64,000 bases of DNA from assembly GCA_963702435.1 (NCBI GenBank), contig CAVPCR010000001.1:1480435-1544434 (forward strand). Reading direction: 5' to 3'. Shown piece by piece: positions 1 to 8,656 of this stretch. Under the pieces are notes generated by a model. That model was given only the letters and a program-made list of their open reading frames with translations, did not search any database and was not told the origin of the DNA. Positions within the stretch are counted from its first letter, which is position 1; each line of letters opens with the position of its first letter. A program made the translations under genes and the position numbers. The DNA comes from Candidatus Eiseniibacteriota bacterium. Lineage in GTDB: Bacteria > Eisenbacteria > RBG-16-71-46 > CAVPCR01.

Positions 1-72
1 GATGTGAAGGCCAAACGCGGCACTGAAGGTAACCGCCAGGACTGGAAGGGCGAGGAGGTTGCCCCTCGTCAT
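1..72 (-). CDS. Partial cassette gene (5' end only), probable signal peptide
   Basis: ATG at 72 reads MTRGNLLALPVLAVTFSAAFGLHI to the window edge, downstream of core site GTTAGGC at 159. Confidence 0.45.
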   Translation of the reverse strand, partial: MTRGNLLALPVLAVTFSAAFGLHI

Positions 73-152
73 ACTGACGCTTCGATCCTCGAGTGCGCCT
101 GGCGTTACTGGGAGCCTCGACGCCACAGTGTGAGCCACAGTGTTGGTCCACG

Positions 153-249
153 GCCTAACGCGGGCCTCAGCCGCGGCGGGCGTTCACTGCGGCCACCTTC
201 TCACCTCTTCCCCGCGCCGCCCGCCGTCGGCTGCAGGCGGGTGTTCTGC
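153..249 (-). other. attC site
   Basis: Top (minus) strand GCAGAAC...CCTGCAGC...GCTGAGG...GTTAGGC, imperfect palindrome. Confidence 0.9.
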
Positions 250-468
250 GGCTGGCTCGGCGTCCCTGCTCATGGCGGCGGCGCCGCCCGTCATCAGCGC
301 GGCGTCCCGGCCCTCATCACCGACGCCTCTTCCAGACTCCCTGCTCCTGCGGCCGGCGCCGCGCCGCAACCAACTTCCCTTCGCAACCAAACATCGATCC
401 AGACCACGCTCGCATCTGGCCACATGACCTGATCCGCCCTCTGCTTCCAGCCCCGTCAGCGCGCAGAA
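159..468 (-). repeat. Gene-less cassette family A, copy 1 (310 bp)
   Basis: Bounded by attC crossovers; homologous to 5391-5701 and 8252-8561; reading frame not conserved between copies. Confidence 0.85.
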
Positions 469-559
469 CGCTGGCCTCAGCCGCGGCGGGCGCACAATGA
501 AGCCGTCATTCATCTCGAATCCTAGCGCGCCCGCCGGCAGGTGCAAGCGCTTGTTGTGC
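463..559 (-). other. attC site
   Basis: GCACAAC...GTTCTGC palindrome just after the methyltransferase stop. Confidence 0.88.
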
Positions 560-572
560 GCTTCATCCGCCT

Positions 573-1265
573 TCAGGTGGAAGTACCAACTGCACGCTTC
601 GTGGCCACGACAGTGAGAATGTCGTCGTCGCATAGGGGCATGCCATCGCATCGTGATCGAAGCTCTTGCTCCCTCTCCAGCCAATACGCGGGCCGGGGGC
701 TACGGATCGCAAGCTCTCCGAATGAGCGGAAGAATTCGTCAAAGGGGATCGGGGCGTCGCTTCGGTCCACATGAACCTCAAGGAGATCGGCATGGGCTTC
801 GACAGCGGACAGCAGGGCGTCCTGCGCGAGGTGCCAGTAGTGCGGATAGCCGACCTCAGCCTGGAGGGCCAGGAGCAACCCTTGCGCCTCGTGCGTCCGC
901 TGCTTGGCCGCTGACCGAAAATCGTCCAGCGGCTCCTGGAGAAGCAGCCGGTGGCTCGACACCCGGATCATCTCGGCCAGCGCCTCGGGCCAAAGTGCCA
1001 TGTGGTGAAGTGCGGCACGCTCAAGGACCACGGGAAAGGAATCGTTCGCGAATCCAAGCGCCAGTGCATCCATACGACAGAAGTGGACGGCGGACGGACA
1101 TCCGCCGCGTCGCCAACCCGCCCCCCCTGAGACCACATCTATCGCAATGACCTCCCCGCACAGCTGGGTCAAGCCGCGCGTGAAGTGACCACAGCCACAG
1201 CCGACATCCAAGATCGAGGCTGGGCTGAACGAACGAATGATCCTCTCAAGTCGGGAATCGGGCAT
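573..1265 (-). CDS. Class I SAM-dependent methyltransferase (cassette gene)
   Basis: ILDVGCGCG motif I, MDALALGF, ALHH. Confidence 0.85.
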   Translation of the reverse strand: MPDSRLERIIRSFSPASILDVGCGCGHFTRGLTQLCGEVIAIDVVSGGAGWRRGGCPSAVHFCRMDALALGFANDSFPVVLERAALHHMALWPEALAEMIRVSSHRLLLQEPLDDFRSAAKQRTHEAQGLLLALQAEVGYPHYWHLAQDALLSAVEAHADLLEVHVDRSDAPIPFDEFFRSFGELAIRSPRPAYWLEREQELRSRCDGMPLCDDDILTVVATKRAVGTST

Positions 1266-1292
1266 CTGCCATGTCCCCAAGATCTGAGATGC

Positions 1293-1400
1293 GCACAACT
1301 CCACTGGCCTCAGCCGCGAGCCCGGGCCGTAGGCCTTGTCACGCCGCTTGTTCCAAGCGGCGTGACAACAGGGCTCGCCGGCTGCGGGCCATTGTTAGGC
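1293..1400 (-). other. attC site
   Basis: GCCTAAC...GTTGTGC palindrome. Confidence 0.85.
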
Positions 1401-1972
1401 AGCGTCAGCTGTCGCTCGCGCCAGCCCAGCGTGATCGACTCGCCTACCACGAGCTGCGACCAAGCCTTGCTGATCTCGTCGAACCGTTCGCAGATTCGTT
1501 CGATGTTCTCGGTCGACAGCAACGCAAGTTCTGTTTCCGAGCAGTTATCGCGATCCCTACCTGCGTACCCGGCGATCTCTCTGGCCTCTTGCTTGTCCGA
1601 TCGCCGGGAGGAGCGAGCCAGCCACTCGTGGCGACAGATGTTCGCCATGCGCTCGGTCGTCGCGAGTTGTTCGCGCCCCTCTCTCGCCAAGCGCTCGCCT
1701 CGCCTCTTGCCCTTCCTCCGGACCCGGGCTTGCTCCCGCGATGACATGGCCGCTGGAGCGAGGTAGAAGGAACCGGCATTGCCGCCAGACGCCAGTTGGC
1801 CGAAGATCCCGGCCGTAAGACCCAGTTCCTCTTCGACCACGAAGTGAATGATGTCATGAGGTAGGTACGCATCGAATCCGGGAGCCGGGTTCATCTCCAC
1901 CATGGGGTAGCCGGGACGATGGGCTCGGACCGCGTAGCGACGAGCTCCCGTCTTTACAAACTCGATGTCCAT
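1310..1972 (-). CDS. Hypothetical protein (cassette gene); ORF runs into its own attC
   Basis: RBS GGAGGGGAG, globular-looking N-terminus with LPHDIIHFVVEE; stop lies inside attC. Confidence 0.7.
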   Translation of the reverse strand: MDIEFVKTGARRYAVRAHRPGYPMVEMNPAPGFDAYLPHDIIHFVVEEELGLTAGIFGQLASGGNAGSFYLAPAAMSSREQARVRRKGKRRGERLAREGREQLATTERMANICRHEWLARSSRRSDKQEAREIAGYAGRDRDNCSETELALLSTENIERICERFDEISKAWSQLVVGESITLGWRERQLTLPNNGPQPASPVVTPLGTSGVTRPTARARG

Positions 1973-1999
1973 GCGTGCACTCCCCTCCAGCGGACTGCT

Positions 2000-2063
2000 G
2001 CCTAACGCTTGGCATCACCTGCGAGCCGCGGAGCGGATCGCCAGGTGCGTGCCGGTGTTAGGC
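2000..2063 (-). other. attC site (64 bp)
   Basis: GCCTAAC...GTTAGGC with inner CACCTG/CAGGTG stem. Confidence 0.88.
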
Positions 2064-2108
2064 CATCTTGCTTGCCAGTCTGGCCAGCTTGCGGCGCATC
2101 TCTGGATC

Positions 2109-3455
2109 TCACTTGGGTGGTTTGTCAAGGTGAATCGTGGTTTGCCAGCCTGTTCTCTCGACTCTGGCTCCGCGAAACCTGGCACTCAGAGTCGGCAGCA
2201 CAATCTGCACTGTGTCGGCCTGAGCTTCGACCTGTGGCTCGGCAGGGAGCCTCACGATCGTGACTCGCCTGACACCATTGAACAATGGGTGCGGTCCTAC
2301 GCCCTCCGTGAGGACCGTGTCTCCCATCACTTCGAATGTGCCCACATCGTTGCCGAGCCTCAGAAACCGCGTATGGAGAAGCCCCGCGTCAAGTCGGCGG
2401 ACATTCATCGGATCGAATCCCTGAGGCCAGAGCGGCGCCGTCGGGTCTGCTTCGATAACAAGCCGCCACCCGGGCGCCGATATGATGCGCTGCTCCATCA
2501 AGGCTCGGGCGGCCCGCAAGTTCTCCACATCCTTCCGGGCGGCGTCCCGGGCCACCGCGCTGTCTGCAGCCGTGAACGCGCAGGCCGCAGACCTGTCGAC
2601 GCGCTGAAGCGCGTCCTCGAGGTCGCTGTCGAGGTAGCGCCTGTTATCGTCGGCGAAGCCCTCACACCATCCCGGGTGCAACCGGTCGAGCAGGAGCGCC
2701 CAGGCAACGCCCGTGGCATAGGCGCGGCGCCGAACTGCCTCCACAGGGAATCCGCCCGGTGGAAACTCCGGCTCGTGACGACCAGCGGCTCGGAACTCCA
2801 CGTATGTCGCCGTGCCCTCGAGCGTCTCGATGCCGCGCTCGTATGACCCGAAGCTCGGGTCCATTCTGCCGAACCGCAGGTGCCGGAGCTCAACGGCCTG
2901 TTCCGCCCAGCCCGCACCAACGGTGCTGTCCGGCGCAGCAAGGGCTCGCCGCAACGCTTCGGCCTCAAGCCGACTCAGCGCCAGGAGCTCAGCGTCATCA
3001 GTCGGGTAGACGAACAGCTGGGCCTCGTCGGGGCCCCACGTCCGGCCGGTCGTAAACTGGAAGACATGGAAGCCCTCATGAACGACCTCCGCCGCGAGAT
3101 CGCGAAGTGCGTCCTTGTCGATGGGTCCGTTCAGGAGAATTGTCGCTGTTCTGATGCCTCCTATCGAGGCCGAGGAGTTCGCGACCACAGCCGGATGGCG
3201 GCCCGCGAAAACCCGCATGTCCCCCTCATGAGCGAATCCACCAGGAGCGCCCGGATGACGGAAGAGGTACGTGTTCGTACCGTCGAACACAGCAAGCGGC
3301 ACTTTAAGCGGATCATAGCCGGGCCAGAGCTCAGAGACGCCCGCGATCTGACGCACCTCGGCCTCGAGCGCAAGCACGCCAAGCGCCTTGCCGTCAGCGC
3401 TCCCGTAGAAGACTAGGCTCACTACGGCACTCGCAATAACAGTCACCCGTCGCAT
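2109..3455 (-). CDS. Secreted hypothetical protein with HExxH motif, possible metallopeptidase (cassette gene)
   Basis: Signal peptide MRRVTVIASAVVSLVF; HEGFH and downstream EGTATYVE. Confidence 0.65.
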   Translation of the reverse strand: MRRVTVIASAVVSLVFYGSADGKALGVLALEAEVRQIAGVSELWPGYDPLKVPLAVFDGTNTYLFRHPGAPGGFAHEGDMRVFAGRHPAVVANSSASIGGIRTATILLNGPIDKDALRDLAAEVVHEGFHVFQFTTGRTWGPDEAQLFVYPTDDAELLALSRLEAEALRRALAAPDSTVGAGWAEQAVELRHLRFGRMDPSFGSYERGIETLEGTATYVEFRAAGRHEPEFPPGGFPVEAVRRRAYATGVAWALLLDRLHPGWCEGFADDNRRYLDSDLEDALQRVDRSAACAFTAADSAVARDAARKDVENLRAARALMEQRIISAPGWRLVIEADPTAPLWPQGFDPMNVRRLDAGLLHTRFLRLGNDVGTFEVMGDTVLTEGVGPHPLFNGVRRVTIVRLPAEPQVEAQADTVQIVLPTLSARFRGARVERTGWQTTIHLDKPPK

Positions 3456-3478
3456 CAAGCTCCTCTCCGAGCCGGACA

Positions 3479-3542
3479 GCATAACGCCGCCGTTCACCTG
3501 CGGCGAGCGAAGCGAGCCGGCAGGTGCAACGGCCTGTTAGCC
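3479..3542 (-). other. attC site (64 bp)
   Basis: GGCTAAC...GTTGCACC...GGTGAAC...GTTATGC. Confidence 0.9.
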
Positions 3543-3591
3543 CCGAGCTGACACGGCCAGACTCCGCATCGCCTCCGCGCGAGTGCTCGAG

Positions 3592-3882
3592 CTACAAACC
3601 ATGGCGAAACAGCCTCGCGCCATGAAAGACGGTCACGATCTCCACCGCCCGTGGCGACAAACGATAGACGATGCGGTAGTTCCGCCAAAGAACCTCGCGA
3701 AGGGTTGGTTCTCCGAACTCCGGGACGATACGCCCGGACTCGGGAAAACTCCGGAGACGCTCAACTGCATCGACGATGTGCCGGGCTACGAGAGCGCCAA
3801 AGTGCGGCGAGTCCCGACTGATGTAATCGCGGATCGACTCGACGTCCGCGATGGCCTGGGGGGACCGAACGATCTCAATCAC
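3592..3882 (-). CDS. Type II toxin, RelE/ParE family (cassette gene)
   Basis: SPQAIADVESIRDYISRDS...FPESGRIVPE...YRIVYR...VFHGAR; GTG start overlaps the antitoxin end. Confidence 0.88.
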   Translation of the reverse strand: MIEIVRSPQAIADVESIRDYISRDSPHFGALVARHIVDAVERLRSFPESGRIVPEFGEPTLREVLWRNYRIVYRLSPRAVEIVTVFHGARLFRHGL

Positions 3883-4051
3883 CGACGATGCGCCTCTTGG
3901 CCTCCTCGTGAGAGATGGCCTGACCGCTATCGAGCTCGCCAAGACCCTTCTGTACCTTGGCGATGAAGCAAAGTCGTTCGATCGCATCCTCGATGGTCGC
4001 ATCATCCGGAAGCTGCTGAACCGCCTGAACAACTCGTTGTTTGTCAGTCAT
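3875..4051 (-). CDS. Cognate antitoxin, 58 aa (absent from ORF track)
   Basis: Manual translation MTDKQRVVQAVQQLPDDATIEDAIERLCFIAKVQKGLGELDSGQAISHEEAKRRIVGD; RBS GGAGG; overlaps toxin. Confidence 0.85.
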   Translation of the reverse strand: MTDKQRVVQAVQQLPDDATIEDAIERLCFIAKVQKGLGELDSGQAISHEEAKRRIVGD

Positions 4052-4082
4052 CTGACCGAACCTCCAAGTGACCTGTCCTGCG

Positions 4083-4112
4083 AGCGTACGCGAACGCCGC
4101 GCGTGTCTACAA
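4083..4112 (-). promoter_or_regulatory. Putative sigma70 promoter inside the TA cassette
   Basis: TTGTAG-N18-TACGCT upstream of the antitoxin. Confidence 0.4.
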
Positions 4113-4139
4113 CGACGTCTCCAGTCCGCCGGCTGATGG

Positions 4140-4240
4140 GGCTAACGAGGGCCTCAGCTGCGGCGGGCGGCCGCGCACGGCGCTCCTTCGCTACCCTCAC
4201 CTTCGCGCCGGCCGCCGCCAGCTGCAGGCCCAGGTTCTGC
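4140..4240 (-). other. attC site
   Basis: GCAGAAC...CCTGCAGCTG...CAGCTGAGG...GTTAGCC. Confidence 0.9.
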
Positions 4241-4442
4241 GGCCGCCTCGATGGTGCCCCATGGCGGCGGTGCCGGCCCTCTTCAGCTCGGCGGTTCGGT
4301 CCCGACTCGTCAGCTTCTTCCTACCCCCTCACCACCGGGGGCCGGCGCCGCGCCGCGCGGAGTCCGCACAACACGACCATTCCCCTCTTCGCCCGATCTT
4401 CCTTCTCCCTACACGTCCTCGGCGCTCCATCGGACCACAGAA
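4146..4442 (-). repeat. Gene-less cassette family B, copy 1 (297 bp)
   Basis: Near-identical to 6396-6692 and 8562-8858 (two substitutions seen by eye). Confidence 0.85.
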
Positions 4443-4536
4443 CGAGGGCCTCAGCTGCGGCGGGCGGCTGCACCCGGCGCGGCCTCATCGTCCCTACTCC
4501 GTGCCGGCCGCCGCCAGCTGCAGGCCGCTGTTCTGT
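4437..4536 (-). other. attC site
   Basis: ACAGAAC...GTTCTGT palindrome. Confidence 0.9.
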
Positions 4537-4752
4537 GGCTGGCGGCGGCGTCCCTGCTCGTGGCGGCGGTGCCGGCCCTCTTCACCGCCGTGGGTCGGCC
4601 CCCAGCGCCTCAGCCTCTTCTGGCCACCGTGACCACCCGGGGCCGGCGCCGCGCCGCTGCCAACTTCCCCCGCCGCCCAAACCACGATCCAGGTGTCGCT
4701 CGAGCCAGATCACATAACCTGATCCGCCATCTGCTCAGCGACACGTCAGCAC

Positions 4753-4852
4753 ACAGAACGAGGGCCTCAGCTGCGGCGGGCGGCTGCACCCGGCGCGGCC
4801 TCATCGTCCCTACTCCGTGCCGGCCGCCGCCAGCTGCAGGCCGCTGTTCTGT
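4753..4852 (-). other. attC site
   Basis: Copy of 4437-4536. Confidence 0.9.
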
Positions 4853-5068
4853 GGCTGGCGGCGGCGTCCCTGCTCGTGGCGGCGGTGCCGGCCCTCTTCA
4901 CCGCCGTGGGTCGGCCCCCAGCGCCTCAGCCTCTTCTGGCCACCGTGACCACCCGGGGCCGGCGCCGCGCCGCTGCCAACTTCCCCCGCCGCCCAAACCA
5001 CGATCCAGGTGTCGCTCGAGCCAGATCACATAACCTGATCCGCCATCTGCTCAGCGACACGTCAGCAC

Positions 5069-5168
5069 ACAGAACGAGGGCCTCAGCTGCGGCGGGCGGC
5101 TGCACCCGGCGCGGCCTCATCGTCCCTACTCCGTGCCGGCCGCCGCCAGCTGCAGGCCGCTGTTCTGT
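5069..5168 (-). other. attC site
   Basis: Copy of 4437-4536. Confidence 0.9.
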
Positions 5169-5384
5169 GGCTGGCGGCGGCGTCCCTGCTCGTGGCGGCG
5201 GTGCCGGCCCTCTTCACCGCCGTGGGTCGGCCCCCAGCGCCTCAGCCTCTTCTGGCCACCGTGACCACCCGGGGCCGGCGCCGCGCCGCTGCCAACTTCC
5301 CCCGCCGCCCAAACCACGATCCAGGTGTCGCTCGAGCCAGATCACATAACCTGATCCGCCATCTGCTCAGCGACACGTCAGCAC

Positions 5385-5481
5385 ACAGAACGCTTGCCTC
5401 AGCCGCGGCGGGCGCTCATCGCGGCCCCGTTCTCACCTCTTGCCCGCGCCGCCCGCCGGCGGCTGCAGGCGAGTGTTCTGC
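5385..5481 (-). other. attC site
   Basis: GCAGAAC...GTTCTGT, family A type. Confidence 0.9.
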
Positions 5482-5701
5482 GGCTGCCTCGGCGCCCCCG
5501 CTCGTGGCGTCGGTGCCGGCCGTCCCTAGCGCGGCGCCCCGGCCCTCATCACCGACGCCTCTTCCAGACTCCCTGCCTCCTGCGGCCGGCGCCGCGCCGC
5601 AACCAACTTCCCCTCCCGACCAAACATCGATCCAGACCACGCTCGCACCAGATCACATAGCCTGATCCGCTCTGTGCTTCCAGCCCCGTCAGCGCGCAGA
5701 A
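5391..5701 (-). repeat. Gene-less cassette family A, copy 2 (311 bp)
   Basis: Homologous to 159-468; candidate ATG is immediately followed by TGA. Confidence 0.85.
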
Positions 5702-5792
5702 CGCTCCGCTTCACCCGCGGCCCGCGGCGATTCTAGCCCGAACTCGGCTGAGCACCAGAGCGCGGGCCGCCGGGTGCAAGCGGATGTTATGC
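5696..5792 (-). other. attC site
   Basis: GCATAAC...CTTGCACC...GGTGAAG...GTTCTGC; gene stop TAA lies in the inverse core. Confidence 0.9.
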
Positions 5793-6372
5793 GTCCGGAT
5801 CGCGGCGGACCCAACCGCCGTGAATGTCCAGGTTCGCCTGGCCGACGTCGAACGCCGCGGGGTCGGCTGGTTTGCCAACCCATTCCAGCATCTCTCGGTG
5901 TTCCGGATGCTTCGGATTCCCGATGACCTCACGATAGTGCGCGTAGCCGTGGATGCCTCCGACGTCCTCCGGAGGGCACGCCCGCCTTCCGGCCTCGACG
6001 ATGGGATACCGTCCGTCATTCCCTGGCGGGAGAAGCGCTTCGAGAATCACCTCGTGCTCCCAGCCATCACCGAAGTCATACTCATATCTCAGAACGATCC
6101 TTCGGCCGACGGAGTAGCTGGTCAAGGGTCGTCGTCTTCTCACTCAGCCGTATCAAACCAAGCTCGCGATCTGAGGTTCCGTAGAGCACACCTCCAGCCT
6201 CGAATTGGTGCAGGTGACTATCCGTCCAGCCCATGACCGCCTGCAACGAATCGTGCAACCGCTTCAAGGTGATGCCACCGGGTACGAGGAACCGCCGCCA
6301 GATCGGCGGCCGTGATCCTCGCAATGTCACCTTGAGCCTGTAGATCGGCCCACCCGTTTCGCGAATCCTCAC
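5787..6372 (-). CDS. Plasmid pRiA4b ORF-3 family protein (cassette gene), +1 frameshift near 6093
   Basis: IYRLKVTLRGSRPPIWRR...MGWTDSHLHQF then YEYDFGDGWEH...RACPPEDVGG in the adjacent frame; RBS GAGGAG, GTG start. Confidence 0.85.
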
Positions 6373-6389
6373 CTGAGTCTCCTCTGTAC

Positions 6390-6490
6390 GCATAACGAGG
6401 GCCTCAGCTGCGGCGGGCGGCCGCGCACGGCGCTCCTTCGCTACCCTCACCTTCGCGCCGGCCGCCGCCAGCTGCAGGCCCAGGTTCTGC
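6390..6490 (-). other. attC site
   Basis: Family B type, GCAGAAC...GTTATGC. Confidence 0.9.
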
Positions 6491-6692
6491 GGCCGCCTCG
6501 ATGATGCCCCATGGCGGCGGTGCCGGCCCTCTTCAGCTCGGCGGTTCGGTCCCCACTCGTCAGCTTCTTCCTACCCCCTCACCACCGGGGGCCGGCGCCG
6601 CGCCGCGCGGAGTCCGCACAACACGACCATTCCCCTCTTCGCCCGATCTTCCTTCTCCCTACACGTCCTCGGCGCTCCATCGGACCACAGAA
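6396..6692 (-). repeat. Gene-less cassette family B, copy 2
   Basis: Matches 8562-8858. Confidence 0.85.
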
Positions 6693-6782
6693 CGCTCCGC
6701 GTAACCGGCCGCCGGCGCGCGAAGCGCGACGGGTACCCACCAGCAACGCTGGTGGGCGGTCCGGTTCACGCGGAGGTTAGGT
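6687..6782 (-). other. attC site
   Basis: ACCTAAC...GTGAACCGG...CCGGTTAC...GTTCTGT. Confidence 0.85.
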
Positions 6783-6800
6783 CTCACTGCAGCTCGCCGG

Positions 6801-7211
6801 TTACTTGGCCCGCATGCGGTTGTTCTTGGCGTGGTGCTCCAGCTCGCAGAGCCCTAGCTCCTCCATCAGTGGCGGGACGTAGACACCGAACCTCCCCCGA
6901 AGCCCTTTCTTTAGCCCGTACCATCCGCCCACTGGATTGCTAGACGACCTTCCCCAAGCCTCCACTGTTCCTTCCTTCGCTGGCTTCTGCTCATCCGCAC
7001 CGCCAAGCTCGACCCAATCGCCTGCCTTCTTGAGCATCGCGTGGAGGTCATCGACGCACCGAGCGTCGTAGTGCAGAACCGTGCTGCCAACCGTGCACAC
7101 CAGGATCTTCTTCCCGTCTTTCTCGTCGACGTGCATCGTGAACTCAGAAGTCCCCGGCGGGGTCTTCAACTTCCACGGGTTGTCTCTTGTTCGATTCAGA
7201 GCTGTCCCCAC
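6801..7211 (-). CDS. Conserved hypothetical protein, DUF6855-like (cassette gene)
   Basis: NPWKLKTPPGTSEF...GTVEAWGRS..NPVGGWYGLKKGLRGRFG; RBS AAAGGAG. Confidence 0.7.
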   Translation of the reverse strand: MGTALNRTRDNPWKLKTPPGTSEFTMHVDEKDGKKILVCTVGSTVLHYDARCVDDLHAMLKKAGDWVELGGADEQKPAKEGTVEAWGRSSSNPVGGWYGLKKGLRGRFGVYVPPLMEELGLCELEHHAKNNRMRAK

Positions 7212-7258
7212 GGTGCTCCTTTCGCTGTGCCGCACCTGCGCACGTGGTTCGTCGTGAG

Positions 7259-7318
7259 GCCTAACGTTCCGGTTCAGCGGCGGCGCGGAGAGCCGTCCGC
7301 TGCAACCGGTTGTTCGGC
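7259..7318 (-). other. attC site (60 bp)
   Basis: GCCGAAC-N5-GTTGCAGC...GCTGAAC-N6-GTTAGGC; extra base in the left L box fixes minus as the top strand. Confidence 0.93.
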
Positions 7319-7331
7319 AGCCCCTCTCCGC

Positions 7332-8210
7332 TCATTCCGCGCCAAGTCCAATCAAGAGAAAAGCCCAGATGGTGATTCCGAACACTAGGCATACAACGTG
7401 TCCCGATGACCAGCGGTAGTAGGCCACGCCGGGACTCCGCCGCTGGCTCACGGTATTGATGTAGTTCTGTATGGGCACAAGACACAGAAAGGATGGGATG
7501 AAGGCCGACACGATGCTAGCAGCAATGCTGGGCGCGCGACCGACTATGTTCGCAAGAATCAGCAGAACCACCCACCCCGTGGCCAGTGCCCCGGGAGAAA
7601 AGGAAGGCACCATGACACAACGGGCCTCCTTATCTTCATGGATGCGACGGAGGAGGCTGTGACAGAAGAAGACCCCAAAGAAGCCTCGCCAGAACGGTCG
7701 GATATTGAGCCCCTCTCGCTCCTTTATGTATCTCCAGTTCCTGTATATCCAATACGCTTCGTAGAGACTGAAGGACACAATGGACATGACAATCAGTCTG
7801 GCCACCGAAATATGCAGGAACAACGGGGTGGCCTGCGCGACGGCATGTGACGAGGTGGATCCTTCGCCTGTTTCTGCTTGGTCGGTCACCGTCTCAACTC
7901 CTTGGCGATGGGGATGTGGATTTGCTACAGCGAAGAGGAATGGGATGAGCATGCAGTCGCCCACGAGGCTGATGATGTTCAGTGGAAGCCCGTACAGGTC
8001 ATAGAATCGGGAAATGTCGAAGTCCAGGGTGTCAAACTTGAGCAGTAGGCGTGGAAGTCGCCATGCAAGGCTAGCTGCCAGACCGATTCCCAGGTAGGCA
8101 ACAAGCCATGGCTTACCAGGGAAACCCCTGTGAGTTGCCGCTAGCACTATGAGGATGATGGTTACCAGAGGGAAGCCCCAGCCGATGATCTCCTGGACCG
8201 TTTCCTTCAT
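7332..8210 (-). CDS. Multi-pass membrane protein (cassette gene)
   Basis: Several hydrophobic helices, LYEAYWIYRNW motif, RBS AGGAG, lower GC than the backbone. Confidence 0.8.
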   Translation of the reverse strand: MKETVQEIIGWGFPLVTIILIVLAATHRGFPGKPWLVAYLGIGLAASLAWRLPRLLLKFDTLDFDISRFYDLYGLPLNIISLVGDCMLIPFLFAVANPHPHRQGVETVTDQAETGEGSTSSHAVAQATPLFLHISVARLIVMSIVSFSLYEAYWIYRNWRYIKEREGLNIRPFWRGFFGVFFCHSLLRRIHEDKEARCVMVPSFSPGALATGWVVLLILANIVGRAPSIAASIVSAFIPSFLCLVPIQNYINTVSQRRSPGVAYYRWSSGHVVCLVFGITIWAFLLIGLGAE

Positions 8211-8245
8211 GCTTTGCTCCTATCGGGCTGAACCAGAGCTCGTCT

Positions 8246-8341
8246 GCCGAACGCTTGCCTCAGCCGCGGCGGGCGTCACCGCGGCCTCGTTCTCACCTCT
8301 TCCCAGCGCCGCCCGCCGTCGGCTGCAGGCGAGTGTTCTGA
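8246..8341 (-). other. attC site
   Basis: TCAGAAC...GTTCGGC, family A type. Confidence 0.9.
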
Positions 8342-8561
8342 GGCTGGCTCGCCGTCCCTGCTCATGGCGGCGGTGCCGGCCGTCCCCAGCGCCGCGCCCC
8401 GGCCCTCATCACCGACGCCTCTTCCAGACTCCCTGCCACCTGCGGCCGGCGCCGCGCCGCAACCAACTTCCCCTCGTGACCAATCATCGATCCAGACCAC
8501 GCTCGCACCAGGCCGCATGACCTGATCCGCCCCCTGCTTCCAGCCCCGTCAGCGCTCAGAA
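8252..8561 (-). repeat. Gene-less cassette family A, copy 3 (310 bp)
   Basis: Homologous to the other A copies; compensatory end change GTTCTGA/TCAGAAC. Confidence 0.85.
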
Positions 8562-8656
8562 CGAGGGCCTCAGCTGCGGCGGGCGGCCGCGCACGGCGCT
8601 CCTTCGCTACCCTCACCTTCGCGCCGGCCGCCGCCAGCTGCAGGCCCAGGTTCTGC
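8556..8656 (-). other. attC site
   Basis: Family B type. Confidence 0.9.

Larger units (their letters stand above)
4443..5390 (-). repeat. Gene-less cassette family C, three tandem identical 316-bp copies
   Basis: Exact 316-bp period: ACAGAAC at 4437, 4753, 5069, 5385. Confidence 0.92.

Noticed and set aside
3851..5665. Long plus-strand ORFs across the gene-less cassettes
   Set aside because: They cross attC junctions, are low-complexity Arg/Pro/Ala, and shift frame with the 316-bp period.
8276..8518. 80-aa ORF as the gene of family A cassettes
   Set aside because: A2 has ATG-TGA at this position, A1 is in another frame, and the ORF runs deep into attC.
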